This document shows positions 9,902 to 23,528 of a stretch of DNA of 64,000 bases, piece by piece; the first letter of the stretch is position 1; each line of letters begins with the position of its first letter. The notes below the pieces were generated by a model. It did not search any database. It had not been told where the DNA came from and saw only the letters and a list, made by a program, of their open reading frames with translations. Both the position numbers and the translations under genes were made by a program. Source of the stretch: an uncultured Alphaproteobacteria bacterium (GTDB lineage Bacteria > Pseudomonadota > Alphaproteobacteria > Rhizobiales > Xanthobacteraceae); NCBI GenBank assembly GCA_963726865.1, contig CAVSEE010000025.1:30081-94080 (forward strand), given 5' to 3'.

Positions 9902-10589
9902 GTGAAGATCGTCGATCTCAGCCGCGAGCTCTATCACCGCACGCCGAGCTATCCCGGCCATCCGCCCATCATGCATGGCGTCTGGAAGAGCCACGAAGAC
10001 TCGCTTGCGCGATTCCGGCGGCGTGTGGGGGCTGGCCTCGATGTTCATCTCGATGGCCGACCATGGCGGCACCCATATCGATGCGCCCCGGCACTTCGGC
10101 CCGAGCGGCATTCCGATCAACGAATATCCGCTGGAGAAATGCATCGTGCCCGGCATCTGCCTCGATCTCACGCACATCGCGCCGCGGGCGGAGATCACGC
10201 CCGCCGATCTGGAGGCGGCGGTGGCGAAGGCCGGCCACGTCGTGCCGAAGGGCGGCACCGTGCTGCTCTGCACCGGCCATCATGCGCGGACATTTCCGCG
10301 CAAGGAATATTCGACCGACAATTCCGGCGTGAATGTCGCGGCGACCGAATGGCTGGCGGCGCAGGGCGTCGTGCATTTCGGCATCGACTCGATGCGGCCG
10401 GGACCGGACGGCAAGGTCAATCTGCTGGTGCACAAGGCCTGCCTCGATCTCGACATCACCCATATCGAGAGCCTGTGCAATCTCGAGGCGCTGCTGGGCC
10501 AGGGGCCCTTCACCTTCATCGGGCTGCCGCTCAGGATGCGCGAGGGAACCGCCTCACCGATCCGCGCGGTCGCGGTGTTCGGGATGTAG
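9902..10589 (+). CDS. Cyclase / kynurenine formamidase-family metal hydrolase (frameshift ~10010)
   Basis: IVDLS, HGGTHIDAPRHF, LLCTG, GIDS, HIESLCNL and ASPIRAVA motifs. Confidence 0.87.
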
Positions 10590-10756
10590 CCTCACGCCGC
10601 ATGCGGAGGCCGATCGCGCTCGTGGGCAGCCTGGCGGAGACGCCACGGTGCATTAATCCGACTCTCGTGCGCCACCGGTCGACCTGCCATCTTGCGGCCT
10701 GACCGCGGCTGCCTTAGGCTGGCGGCAACAACAAAAGACAACCAGGGAGGCAATGC

Positions 10757-11842
10757 ATGACGACACGTCGCGATTTCCTCAAGACGGCGGCAGCCGGCAT
10801 CGTGTTTTGCGGCTGCGGCATGGTGCACGGGGCGAACGCCCAGGCGCCGCGGCAAAAGCTCCCGGTGAGCATCAACGGCAAGCGCATCAAGACCATCGAC
10901 GTGCATGCGCATTGCCAGTTCCGCGAGGCCGGCGCGGTGCTCGGCGACGAGGGCGCGCGGGTGCAACTGCCGCCGGTCAACAATGCGGAGGCCGCCTTCA
11001 TCGAGATCGAGAAGCGGCTGGCTGCGATGGACTCGCAGGCGATCGACATGGAGGTGCTGTCGATCAATCCGTTCTGGTACGGCAAGGACCGCGAGATCGC
11101 CGGCACCATCGTGAAGATCCAGAACGAGAAGCTTGCCGAGCTCTGTGCGTCGAAGCCGGATCGTTTCGCGGCGTTCGCCTCGCTCACCCTGCAGGCGCCT
11201 GATCTGGCCGTGCAGGAGCTCGAGACCGCGGTGAAGAAGCAGGGCCTGAAGGGTGCTGCGATCGGCGACATCGTCAATGGCGCGGAATTCGCCGATCCGA
11301 AATTCCATCCCGTCTGGGCCAAGGCGGAAGAGCTCGGCGTGCCGCTGTTCATCCACCCGCAGAGCACGCCGGAACTGGCAAAGCGCTTGGCCGGCAATGG
11401 CTGGCTCTCCAACACCATCGGCAATCCGCTCTCGACCACGATCGCGCTGTCGCATTTGATCTTCGAGGGCACCTTCGACCGCTTCCCCGGGCTGAAGGTG
11501 ATCGCGGCGCATGGCGGCGGCTATCTGCCGTCCTATGCCGACCGTTCCGACCACGCCTGCCTGGTCGGGCCGAAGGGCTGCAATCCCGAGATCAAGCTGA
11601 AGAAGAAGCCGACCGAATATCTCAAGCAGATCTGGTTCGACTCGCTGATCTTCACGCCCGAGGCGATCCGCCATCTGGTGGCGCAGGTCGGCAGCAGCCA
11701 GATCGTGGTCGGCAGCGACTATCCCTATCCCTGGGAGATGGCGCCGGTGGACCACATCTTTGCGTCGACCTCGCTGAGCGACGAGGAAAAGGCCGATATT
11801 CTGGGCCGGACGGCGGCGAAACTGTTCGGGATGACGGCGTAG
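10757..11842 (+). CDS. Amidohydrolase family protein (amidohydro_2) with Tat-like N-terminus
   Basis: TRRDFLK; IDVHAH, LFIHP, AHGGGYLP and GSDYP motifs; GGAGG RBS. Confidence 0.9.
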   Translation: MTTRRDFLKTAAAGIVFCGCGMVHGANAQAPRQKLPVSINGKRIKTIDVHAHCQFREAGAVLGDEGARVQLPPVNNAEAAFIEIEKRLAAMDSQAIDMEVLSINPFWYGKDREIAGTIVKIQNEKLAELCASKPDRFAAFASLTLQAPDLAVQELETAVKKQGLKGAAIGDIVNGAEFADPKFHPVWAKAEELGVPLFIHPQSTPELAKRLAGNGWLSNTIGNPLSTTIALSHLIFEGTFDRFPGLKVIAAHGGGYLPSYADRSDHACLVGPKGCNPEIKLKKKPTEYLKQIWFDSLIFTPEAIRHLVAQVGSSQIVVGSDYPYPWEMAPVDHIFASTSLSDEEKADILGRTAAKLFGMTA

Positions 11843-11926
11843 CGGACGTTTCGGCGTAGCCCTCGCGCTTTGCCCGGAGGCCCTGTTCTGGTATCGAAGG
11901 ATGCCGGAAAACGACTGGATTTGCCG

Positions 11927-12827
11927 ATGAATCATTGCATCACGCGCGACCGTTCCTCAAAGCTCGCGGCACTGCTCACTGCCGCGGTGCTTTCCCTCAC
12001 CGCGGGCGCGGCGCGCGCCGCCGACGAGGCCGAGGGCGCGCCGCGGGGGCCGGCGGTCACCGTGCTGAAGGCCGCAAAATACTGCTTCAACAACAATGTC
12101 GAGATCTCCGGCATGGTGCTGGCGCGGGAAGAGACCTCGGTGCGGCCGGAGAAGCTGGGCGCAAAAGTCGCCGAGATCATGGCTGATGCCGGCGACACCG
12201 TGACCGCGGGGCAGGTGCTGGCGCGGATCACGCCGCCGGAGGGCGGCAGCATCACGGTGCAGGCGCCGGTGGCGGGGCTGATCTCGCAGTCATCAGCGCA
12301 GATCGGCGGCATGGTCGGCGCCAAGGGCGAGGCGCTGTTCTCCATCGTCAATCGCAGCGAATACGATCTCGTCGGCCTGGTGCCGGTGAAGGACATCGCC
12401 AAGCTGCAGGTCGGCCAGGCGGCGCGGATCAAGATCATCGGCGCCGGCGATGTCGATGCGCGGGTGCGCCGCATCGCGCCGACCATCGAGCCGAACAGCC
12501 AGCTCGGCCAGGTCTTCATCGGCATCACGCCGGCGCGGCGTTTCCTGATCAATTCGTCGGGGCGCGCGCTGATCAAGACCGGGCAGAGCTGCGGCATCGC
12601 GGTCCCCCTCACCTCGATCCTCTACGGCAGCGCCGGCACCGTGGTGCAGGTGATCCGCCGCGCGCCGCGTCGAGACGCGCCGCGTCGAGACCGGGCTGAT
12701 GGCCGCGGGCCAGGTCGAGATCAAGGAAGGGCTGGTGGAAGGCGACATCGTCGTCGCCCGCGCCGGCGCGCTGCTGCGCGAAGGCGATCCGGTGCGCCCG
12801 GTGACGATGGCGGCGGAGACGAAGTGA
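11927..12827 (+). CDS. Efflux RND periplasmic adaptor subunit (frameshift ~12665; start approximate)
   Basis: GDTVTAGQVLA and VQAPVAGLI lipoyl-like motifs; after the frameshift VEIKEGLVEGDIVV...LREGDPV. Confidence 0.8.
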
Positions 12828-12928
12828 GCCACTGCCGTCGTCCCGCGACCCGTCTTCGCCAAGGCTTCGCCGGGGTTGAGCTGTTAGGCCGCCGAAGCTT
12901 TAGCGAAGGCGGCACGCGGACCCATACG

Positions 12929-12954
12929 AAAATGCCCGGGAAAAACCCGGGCAT
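12929..12954 (-). terminator. Rho-independent terminator after the caspase-like gene
   Basis: ATGCCCGGG-loop-CCCGGGCAT hairpin followed by TTTT on the minus strand. Confidence 0.6.
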
Positions 12955-12981
12955 GACGCAATCAACAATCTCGTTCTAGCT

Positions 12982-13821
12982 TTACCCGCCGAAGCGGATT
13001 TCATCCGTCAGCGAGGACGACACGCTCGGCACCTGCTCGCCGTCGGAGGCGCGGGTGATGGCGACGCGGGTCTTGTTGAAGGCGCTCTCGGCGGCCGCGC
13101 CGTCCCTGCTCAGGTTGCTGAGCAGCTCGGCGACCAGGGTGCTGTTGGCGCCCTTGGAATCATCGGCGACCTTGCCGGGCGTGGCGGAGGTGAGGATCAG
13201 CGCATTGTCGGGCGCCGAGATCGGCGCCAGGCCATGCGAGAAGGAACGGAAGCGGCGCTCGTAGGGATTACGGCGGGAAGCGTCGAGCACGACGAGCTTG
13301 GCCTTCGCGCCCTTCTCCTTGATGGTCTCGAGCACGGACTCGACCGAAATGCCTTCGCGCTTGACGTCGCCTTCCTTCCAGATCCGCGCATCGACCGGGA
13401 TCATGTAGCTCTCGCGGCCGGCCTGGATGCCGTAGCCGCCGAAGAACAGCATCACGACGGTCTCCGGCTTGATCCGGGACTTCAGCCGGCCGATGGCGCG
13501 CTGCATGTCGTCCTTGTTGGCATCTTCCACCACGTCGACGTCGAAACCGCTCTGGCGCAGCGTCGAGGTCAAGGCGCGCGCGTCATTGATCGGCTGGTTC
13601 AAGGGCGCGGCGGCGTCGGGGTAATGGCCGTTGCCGATGACGAGCGCCAGGCGCGGCTGCTTGGCGGCAACGCCAGCGGCCTGCTCGGAGCCGATCGCCT
13701 TGGCCGCATCCAGCGCGCGCTTGTTCAGCGCAGCGTGCGCGCCGATCGCCAGGGACACCATGCCAAACAGGCCGGCGACCACGGCAACCGAACGGCGGGA
13801 GATGAGCTGGCTGACATTCAT
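12982..13821 (-). CDS. Peptidase C14 caspase-family protein, catalytic dyad substituted
   Basis: RLALVIGNGHY, LNQPINDA, FFGGYG (His to Tyr), LDASR (Cys to Ser); N-terminal signal/anchor. Confidence 0.85.
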   Translation of the reverse strand: MNVSQLISRRSVAVVAGLFGMVSLAIGAHAALNKRALDAAKAIGSEQAAGVAAKQPRLALVIGNGHYPDAAAPLNQPINDARALTSTLRQSGFDVDVVEDANKDDMQRAIGRLKSRIKPETVVMLFFGGYGIQAGRESYMIPVDARIWKEGDVKREGISVESVLETIKEKGAKAKLVVLDASRRNPYERRFRSFSHGLAPISAPDNALILTSATPGKVADDSKGANSTLVAELLSNLSRDGAAAESAFNKTRVAITRASDGEQVPSVSSSLTDEIRFGG

Positions 13822-14182
13822 CGGGTTACTTCCTGTCCATCGTCAAATAAACGCGGCCGATCAGTAGTCGCGCCAGTCGGATTTAGGTTTGAGGGGTTGG
13901 CCGGGTTGGTGCCGTCGAATTGCGCTCAATTTGCGGCGTCGCAACAAACAAACCCTTAAACGGCATTGTCCCCTCGGGCAAGACGGAACGTCGATCCCCT
14001 TTCAAGCTATTGGTTCCATAGCGAAATTTTATCTTTCGCCCGTACTTTCCGGGGGCATTAGAGGGGAAAGCAGGCGCCTTTTCCGTGATTGCCGTCACAT
14101 TTGGAAAATTGCGACCGTTCGGATAGGTTTTCCAACGACTTAAAGTTCCATCGATCCCCGACGCCGGCGCAGAAAGTTTTGC

Positions 14183-15910
14183 ATGGGATTTCAGTATTTT
14201 GCCGGCGCCGCGTTCCGGGCGCTGACGGCCCATAAGGACGGGCCGTCGCTGTACGACGTCTGCGACCCCCTGCTGCAGAAATACCAGGGCGGCGACCCCC
14301 ATCTCGGCCAGTTCTACCGGACCGCGCTCGCCAACCCCGCGCTGCGGCCGCTGCTGCGGCGGACCGGGCTGCCGGCCCTGAAGGACGAGGCGCGGCTGGC
14401 TGAGCTGCGCGCCGCCATCGCCCGCGCCCGCGACGAGGAGACGCCGGACTGGGCCGCGGTCGGCGCGCCGGTGGCAGCGCTAATGGGCGGCATCGATGTG
14501 CAGCACCCGCGGCCTCCCGCCGCCGCCCCTGCCCGCGCACCGGATCTCGCCGAGATCGAAAAGACGATCCGCGCCTGCGCGTCGCACCTGCTGCGCTCTT
14601 ACTCAAAGAACGGATTTCTGCCGACCTATGCCGCCTTCAACCTGCTCGGCGATGCCGACATGGGCGGGCGCGAAATGGTGATGGCGCTGACCGGGCTGAA
14701 CTCGCGCGGCTACAAGAATTCGACGCTGCTGTTCTCGCTCGCCCGCATCTTCATCGCGCATTCCCCTGCCCGCGCGCTGATCAACCCGCCCTGGACCGGG
14801 ATCGCCGAGCCGATGTGGGAGCCGATGCAGATCCGGCATCGCTCGGCCTATTACGACGCGTTCTTCACCGAGGCGCTGCTCGGCTACATCGAGAGTGGCC
14901 TTGCTTCGCCGCAGGAGAAGACCGAGGCGAAACGCGCCATCGACGACATGGTCGACTTCTGCCTCAATATCAGCCGCGAGGAAGTGACCTCGCATGACGG
15001 CTCGAACGTCAACGTGATCACGGCCTTGGCGCCGCTGCCGCATCCGCGCTTTTCCCGTTTCTTCGCACAAATCAAGCAGGACCTCGGCTTCGGCATCTAC
15101 GTGCCGGATTGCGACACCACGGCGTGCTCGTTCTCGGCCGCGACGCAAGCGGGCTCCAGCGATCCGATCCTCGACCAGCCGCTGCTGGATTTTTATCGCG
15201 GCTACCAGGTGCGCGCGGGCGCCAACGAGCCGCGCGTCACCGTGCCGATCAACGACAACATCGATTATGACGGCGCCGTCGTCACCTGGATCGACAACAT
15301 CAAGGGCGAGCGGCCCTACGGCAACGACCTCGATCCCACGCTCAACCTCGACATCCTCGAGGTTTCCTTCCGCAACATGACGCGCTGGAAAATCCTGGAG
15401 ACGCCGTCGCGGCTGGAGACGATCCACCGCATCATCGCGTTCCAGCGCAAGCTCGCCGAAAGCGGCGCCTTCACCAATCCGCGCTCGCACATCTACTATC
15501 TGCCGGAGCTGTACTCCGCCTATTTCGGCCGCTGCTACGCGGCGTTCGCGGCGTTGCCCGTCTCGGCCCAGCGCGCTCTCGATCCCGACGGATCGTTCGC
15601 CTTCATCCGCGCCCGCGTGCTCGCCTATGTCGAGGGCGAATTGATCGCGCATGAGATGAATGCGTTCGACGCAGCGCTCGCTTTGATGGCGCTGGCGCAT
15701 CTTGGCGCCGATGCCTCCAGCTTCGCGCCGGCGCTGCATGTGATCGTCGCCTCGCTCGGCGAGGGCGGAAGGCACGGGCCGTACAAGGCCTATGAGTGGA
15801 ACAAGATGAAGACGCCGACGCGCATCCTGGTCGGCGGGCCGGAAGTGACCTCGGCCTTCGTGCTGATGGGACTGGCGCTGGCGCGGCAAGCCATCAAGCC
15901 CCACCCCTGA
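14183..15910 (+). CDS. Hypothetical protein, possible class II terpene cyclase-like alpha/alpha barrel
   Basis: 575-aa ORF with host codon usage; YVPDCDTTA motif. Fold is inferred. Confidence 0.7.
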   Translation: MGFQYFAGAAFRALTAHKDGPSLYDVCDPLLQKYQGGDPHLGQFYRTALANPALRPLLRRTGLPALKDEARLAELRAAIARARDEETPDWAAVGAPVAALMGGIDVQHPRPPAAAPARAPDLAEIEKTIRACASHLLRSYSKNGFLPTYAAFNLLGDADMGGREMVMALTGLNSRGYKNSTLLFSLARIFIAHSPARALINPPWTGIAEPMWEPMQIRHRSAYYDAFFTEALLGYIESGLASPQEKTEAKRAIDDMVDFCLNISREEVTSHDGSNVNVITALAPLPHPRFSRFFAQIKQDLGFGIYVPDCDTTACSFSAATQAGSSDPILDQPLLDFYRGYQVRAGANEPRVTVPINDNIDYDGAVVTWIDNIKGERPYGNDLDPTLNLDILEVSFRNMTRWKILETPSRLETIHRIIAFQRKLAESGAFTNPRSHIYYLPELYSAYFGRCYAAFAALPVSAQRALDPDGSFAFIRARVLAYVEGELIAHEMNAFDAALALMALAHLGADASSFAPALHVIVASLGEGGRHGPYKAYEWNKMKTPTRILVGGPEVTSAFVLMGLALARQAIKPHP

Positions 15911-15917
15911 CTGCCGT

Positions 15918-16113
15918 GACGATGATCACCGACGCGCGCACCCGCGTGCTCGACGCCGGGCGGAAGCCGATCGATGGACTGTTCGCCGTCGGCAACGATG
16001 CGGCGTCGATCTTCGGCGGCAGCTATCCCGGCGCCGGCGCGACACTGCGTCCGGCCATGACGTTCGGCTACATCTGCGGGCGGTATTTAGCGGAAGGAGC
16101 CCGGCCCGCTTGA
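15918..16113 (+). pseudogene. C-terminal remnant of an FAD-binding dehydrogenase (3-oxosteroid 1-dehydrogenase-like)
   Basis: TDARTRVLDAGRKPIDGLFAVGND...YPGAGATL..AMTFGY with no N-terminal FAD-binding part. Confidence 0.75.
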
Positions 16114-16278
16114 CTTCCGCCGCATCTCACTGGAAAGACGCGCTCACCCGCCGCCCGCGCATTTCGACCCCGGCATCACCCGGACCCAAATGCGCGCTAA
16201 ATCGTTGAAGACACGCGCTTTCTTCCGAACCGGCAAAACCGCTTCGCCTGACAGCGTGGTTGTCCCTATATTGCTTTG

Positions 16279-17242
16279 ATGCCGGACCAGATGATCATCT
16301 ACCTCGAATTCGAAAAGACGGTCGCCGAACTCGAGGCCAAGATCAACGAGCTGCGCACGCTCGCGGCCAATGGCAGCGACATCGGCGATGAGATCACCAA
16401 GATCGAAGAGAAGTCGGCGCAGGCGCTGGCCGAGCTCTATGCCAGTCTGACGCCCTGGCAGAAGACGCTGGTCGCGCGGCATCCGCAGCGGCCGCATTTT
16501 TCCGATTTCATCGGTGCGCTGATATCAGAATTCACGCCGTTCGCCGGCGACCGCAAGTTCGGCGAGGACGAGGCGCTGGTCGGCGGCTTCGGCCGCTTCC
16601 AGGGCGCAGCCGATCTGCGTGATGGGCCAGGAAAAGGGCAACTCGACCGAGAGCCGCATCAAGCACAATTTCGGCATGGCGCGCCCCGAAGGCTATCGCA
16701 AGGCGGTGCGGCTGATGGAGATGGCCGATCGCTTCGGCATTCCCGTGCTGTCGATCGTGGACTCCGCCGGCGCCTATCCCGGCATCGGCGCCGAAGAGCG
16801 CGGCCAGGCCGAAGCGATCGCGCGCTCCACCGACGCTTGTCTTTCGCTCGGCGTCCCCAACGTTGCGATCGTCACCGGCGAAGGCATGTCGGGCGGCGCG
16901 ATCGCGATCACCACCGCCAACAAGGTGCTGATGTTCGAGCACGCGATCTACAGCGTGATCTCGCCGGAAGCCGCCTCCTCCATCCTCTGGCGCGACGGCA
17001 CCAAGGCGCAGGAAGCCGCCAACAGCATGAAGATCACCGCGCAGGACATGCTGCGCTTCGGCGTCATCGACCGCATCCTGACCGAACCGCCCGGCGGCGC
17101 CCACCGCGATCCCGCGGCGATGATTGCCCGCACCGGCGAAGCCATCACGCAGGCGTTCACGGAACTGCACAACCTCGACGCCAGCGGCATCCGCCAGCAG
17201 CGCCGGCAGAAGTTTCTGGATATCGGCCGCAAGCTGGGGTGA
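16279..17242 (+). CDS. accA: Acetyl-CoA carboxylase carboxyltransferase alpha (frameshift ~16607)
   Basis: YLEFEK, ARHPQRP, GDRKFGED, FGMARPEGYRKA, GAEERGQAEAIA and YSVISPE motifs. Confidence 0.95.
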
Positions 17243-17459
17243 ACCCCTTGGGAATTGCGGCAACAACTTGGCGGAAATTGCTGCTTTCGGCCGCAATTAG
17301 GCCCGAAGGCCCCTGTTTAAGCTCTGTTGACCATGGCTGCTTCGAGACCTGCGGAACCGCGCCGTTTGGGTTGCGACGCAGGAACGTGACGGGTAATATT
17401 TTAGTCAATGGCTTCAGGGCGATGACGCGGCGGTTGGGGTTGCCGACATTGTCCGGTGG

Positions 17460-18962
17460 GTGTGGAGCTTCCGCTTGATTTCTGGCCTTCGCCTTCGGCT
17501 GCTTCTGACCTCGGCTGTGTTGACGGCCGGGCTGATGCTGGCCGGCTGCAACGGCGAGGACATTTCGCTCGCCACCAACGCCAAGGCAAACCAGCCGGTC
17601 CCGCCGAGACTGGTCCAGGCCATCGCCGACAAGAACATGGACCTGAACTCGCCGATCCTGGTGCGCATCTTCAAGCAGGAGGCCGAGCTCGAGGTCTGGA
17701 AGCAGGACCGCGACGGCCGATTTGCACTGTTGAAGACCTATCCGATCTGCCGCTGGTCCGGCGATCTCGGGCCGAAGGTGCGTGAGGGCGACCGCCAGGC
17801 GCCGGAAGGTTTCTACAACATCACGCCGGCGCAGATGAATCCGTCGTCGTCGTTCTATCTCTCCTTCAACACCGGCTATCCCAACGCCTTCGATTCCGCG
17901 CTCGGCCGCACCGGCTCGCAGCTGATGGTGCATGGCGATTGCTCCTCGCGCGGCTGCTACGCGATGACGGACGAGCAGATCGCGGAGATCTATTCGTTGG
18001 GGCGCGAATCCTTCTTCGGCGGCCAGCGCTCGTTCCAGCTGCAGGCCTTCCCGTTCAAGATGACGCCGGTCAACATGGCGAAGCATCGTAACAATCCGAA
18101 CATGCCGTTCTGGAAGATGATCAAGGAAGGCTACGATCATTTCGAGGTGACGCGGCAGGAGCCGAAGGTCGATTTCTGCGAGAAGAAATACGTCTTCAAC
18201 GCGAGCCGCGCGCCGAACGCCAAGAGCGATCCGGTGTTCAATGCCTCGGCCAAGTGCCCGGCCTATGCGATATCAGAGGAAGTGGCGGATGCCGTGCGCG
18301 AGAAGCAGCACGAGGAGCAGGGCGAGACCAACAAGTTGATCTCGCGCGGCACGCCGGTGGCGCGCATGAACACCGGCATCGACGGCGGCATGAACAAGGT
18401 GTTCGCCGCCAAGCTGCCTGACGGCAATACGGGCCTCTCCGAAGGCGGCGACCAACAGGGCCTCTCTCTCCTGGCCTTGTCGCGCGCGCCCGGCACCATC
18501 CCCTCGCACGTCAATCCGCCGAAGCCGAAGCTGACGGCCGAGGAGGAGCAGGTCACGGCGACCCCGACGTCCGCGCCCGCCACCCGCGTTGCGGCCGCGA
18601 CGCCGACGCAGCAGCAGCCCGCGCAGCAGTCGGAAGGCTGGTTCTCCAGCCTCGCCCGCAAGGTCGGCATCGGCGGCTCCGAGACGACCGCCAGCGCGCC
18701 GCCGCCCGCTACGGCGGCCAAGCCGAAGGCAGAGACCAAGCCTGCTGCCGCTCCGTCCTCGATCGTGCGCGCCACCGCCGCCGCGCCGAAAGCGGCCGAG
18801 CCGAAGCAGGCCGCCGCAAAACCCGCCGCCGCCCGGCGCTAAAACCGTCGGTGTCGGATGCGCCCGCCACCTGCCGCCGCGGCACCCGCCGCGACCATCG
18901 CCGGCGCCCAGCCGGTCGTGCCGTCGAACTCATTCGACAGCCGATTTGGGGCGATGAAGTAG
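17460..18962 (+). CDS. Murein L,D-transpeptidase family lipoprotein (YafK-like; frameshift ~18835; start approximate)
   Basis: Lipobox LAGC; VRIFKQE, GDRQAPEGFY, MVHGDCSSRGC; A/P-rich tail ending NSFDSRFGAMK. Confidence 0.88.
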
Positions 18963-19090
18963 GTCGTCCCGGCCAAGCAAGCGCGAGCGAGACCCTAACC
19001 ACCAAACCTGATCTTGAATGAAGCTGGAGCGACGCTCCGGTTCACAACCACTATACGTGGTTATGGGTCCCTGCGTTCGCAGGGACGACA
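18963..19090. repeat. Intergenic inverted-repeat element (GTCGTCCC...GGGACGAC family)
   Basis: Ends and TAACCAC/GTGGTTATGGGTCC core shared with the copies at 23316 and 36145. Confidence 0.75.
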
Positions 19091-19142
19091 GCTGTATCTG
19101 TGAGGCACGAGCGGGCAGCCCCTCGCCGTTCCGGGAAAACGC

Positions 19143-21989
<2,847 letters not shown>

Positions 21990-22388
21990 GCCAAAGTCCT
22001 GTTCCTGCGGAGCTGCAGTGTCGTCCTGATGTGGTTCGGATTACCCATCAACTCACCGTGACGCGTGCGGTGCCATTCCGGTGGCGAGGGTCATCCGCCA
22101 ATTGAGTGGGAAACGGGCAATCCAAGGTTCAACGGCAAAAACGCGAGCAAAATAAACGCCATCGCCGTCGACACGTTGAGGGCAGAGATATGGCCGGGCC
22201 GGGACGATGTCAACGTGGCCCAGGGGCACTACGAAGGGCACTTGGAAGGGCGCTGGAAAGGCACTGGAAGGACGCCGTGAATGTCAGGAAATTCATCATT
22301 TTGACAGGTTTTTCGCGTTGCCAAGCCTTCTCGATTGGGCGAGTGTCCCGCCGCCCTCAACCCCCCGTCCAAGCTTTAAGGATTTTGC

Positions 22389-23313
22389 ATGACCACGTCG
22401 TTCCCGGAAACGAAAACCGGCCTGCGTCTCGGCTTTGCCACAGCCGTCGCAGCCTGTGCCGTTTTGGCCCTGATCGCAGGCTCCCCCGCGCGGGCCGACG
22501 ACAAGGTGCTGGCCAAGGTCAACGGGGTGGAGATCAAGGAAAGCGACGTGGCGCTGGCCGAGGAAGAGCTGGCGCCGTCGCTGCAGCAGATGGACCCGGC
22601 CAGCCGCAAGGACAACGTACTCGGCTTCCTGATCGACCTGCAGATCGTGGCCAAGGCCGCGGAAGACAAGAAGATCGAGAACACCGACGACTTCAAGAAG
22701 CGCCTCGCCTTCACCCGCAAGCGGCTGATGATGGACAGCCTGCTCGCCGCCGAAGGCAAGGCGGCGACCACCGACGAGGCCATGAAGAAGGTCTATGAGG
22801 ACGCCTCCAAGCAGATCACCGGCGAGGTCGAGGTGCGCGCCCGCCACATCCTGGTCGAGACCGAGGACGAGGCAAAGGCCGTGGTCGAGGAGCTGAAGAA
22901 GGGCGCCGATTTCGCCGAGCTCGCCAAGAAGAAGTCGAAGGATCCGGGCGCTTCCGACGGCGGCGACCTCGGCTTCTTCACCAAGGACCAGATGGTGCCG
23001 GAATTCTCCGCGGTGGCCTTCACGCTGGAGCCCGGCAAGATCTCCGATCCCGTGAAGTCGCAGTTCGGCTGGCACGTCATCAAGGTCGAGGAAAAGCGCA
23101 ACCGCCAGGCGCCGCCGATCGACCAGGTCAAGGGCCAGATCGAGACCTATGTGACGCGCAAGGCGCAGGCCGACTACGTCGCCAAGCTCCGCGAAGCCGC
23201 CAAGGTCGAGCGCATGGACAAGCCGGCCGATGCCGCCGCCGCGAAGCCGGAAGCCGCCAAGGACGCGCCGGCCCGCCAAGTCCGACTCCAAGATGGCGCC
23301 GGCGAAGAAGTGA
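22389..23313 (+). CDS. Parvulin-type peptidyl-prolyl isomerase (PrsA/PpiC-like; frameshift ~23275)
   Basis: Signal peptide; ARHILV, GGDLGFF, MVPEF and VKSQFGWHVIK motifs. Confidence 0.92.
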
Positions 23314-23315
23314 GT

Positions 23316-23439
23316 TGTCGCCCCGGCGAAAGCCGGGGCGCATAACCACGACTACACGTGATTTGCCGGGCTGGGGCTTCCAGCTCGTTTCGACAATCAA
23401 CATCGGTGGCTATGGGTCCCGGCTTTCGCCGGGACGACA
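23316..23439. repeat. Intergenic inverted-repeat element
   Basis: TGTCGCCCCGGCGAAAGCCGGGG...CCCGGCTTTCGCCGGGACGACA. Confidence 0.8.
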
Positions 23440-23528
23440 CCGTTTGTTTGGTGTGCACGCCACCCTCTCCCGCCACGCTCACGAAGGTGATACAGAGCGC
23501 TTCCCTCCCCGAAAGCCGGAAGCCTGCA

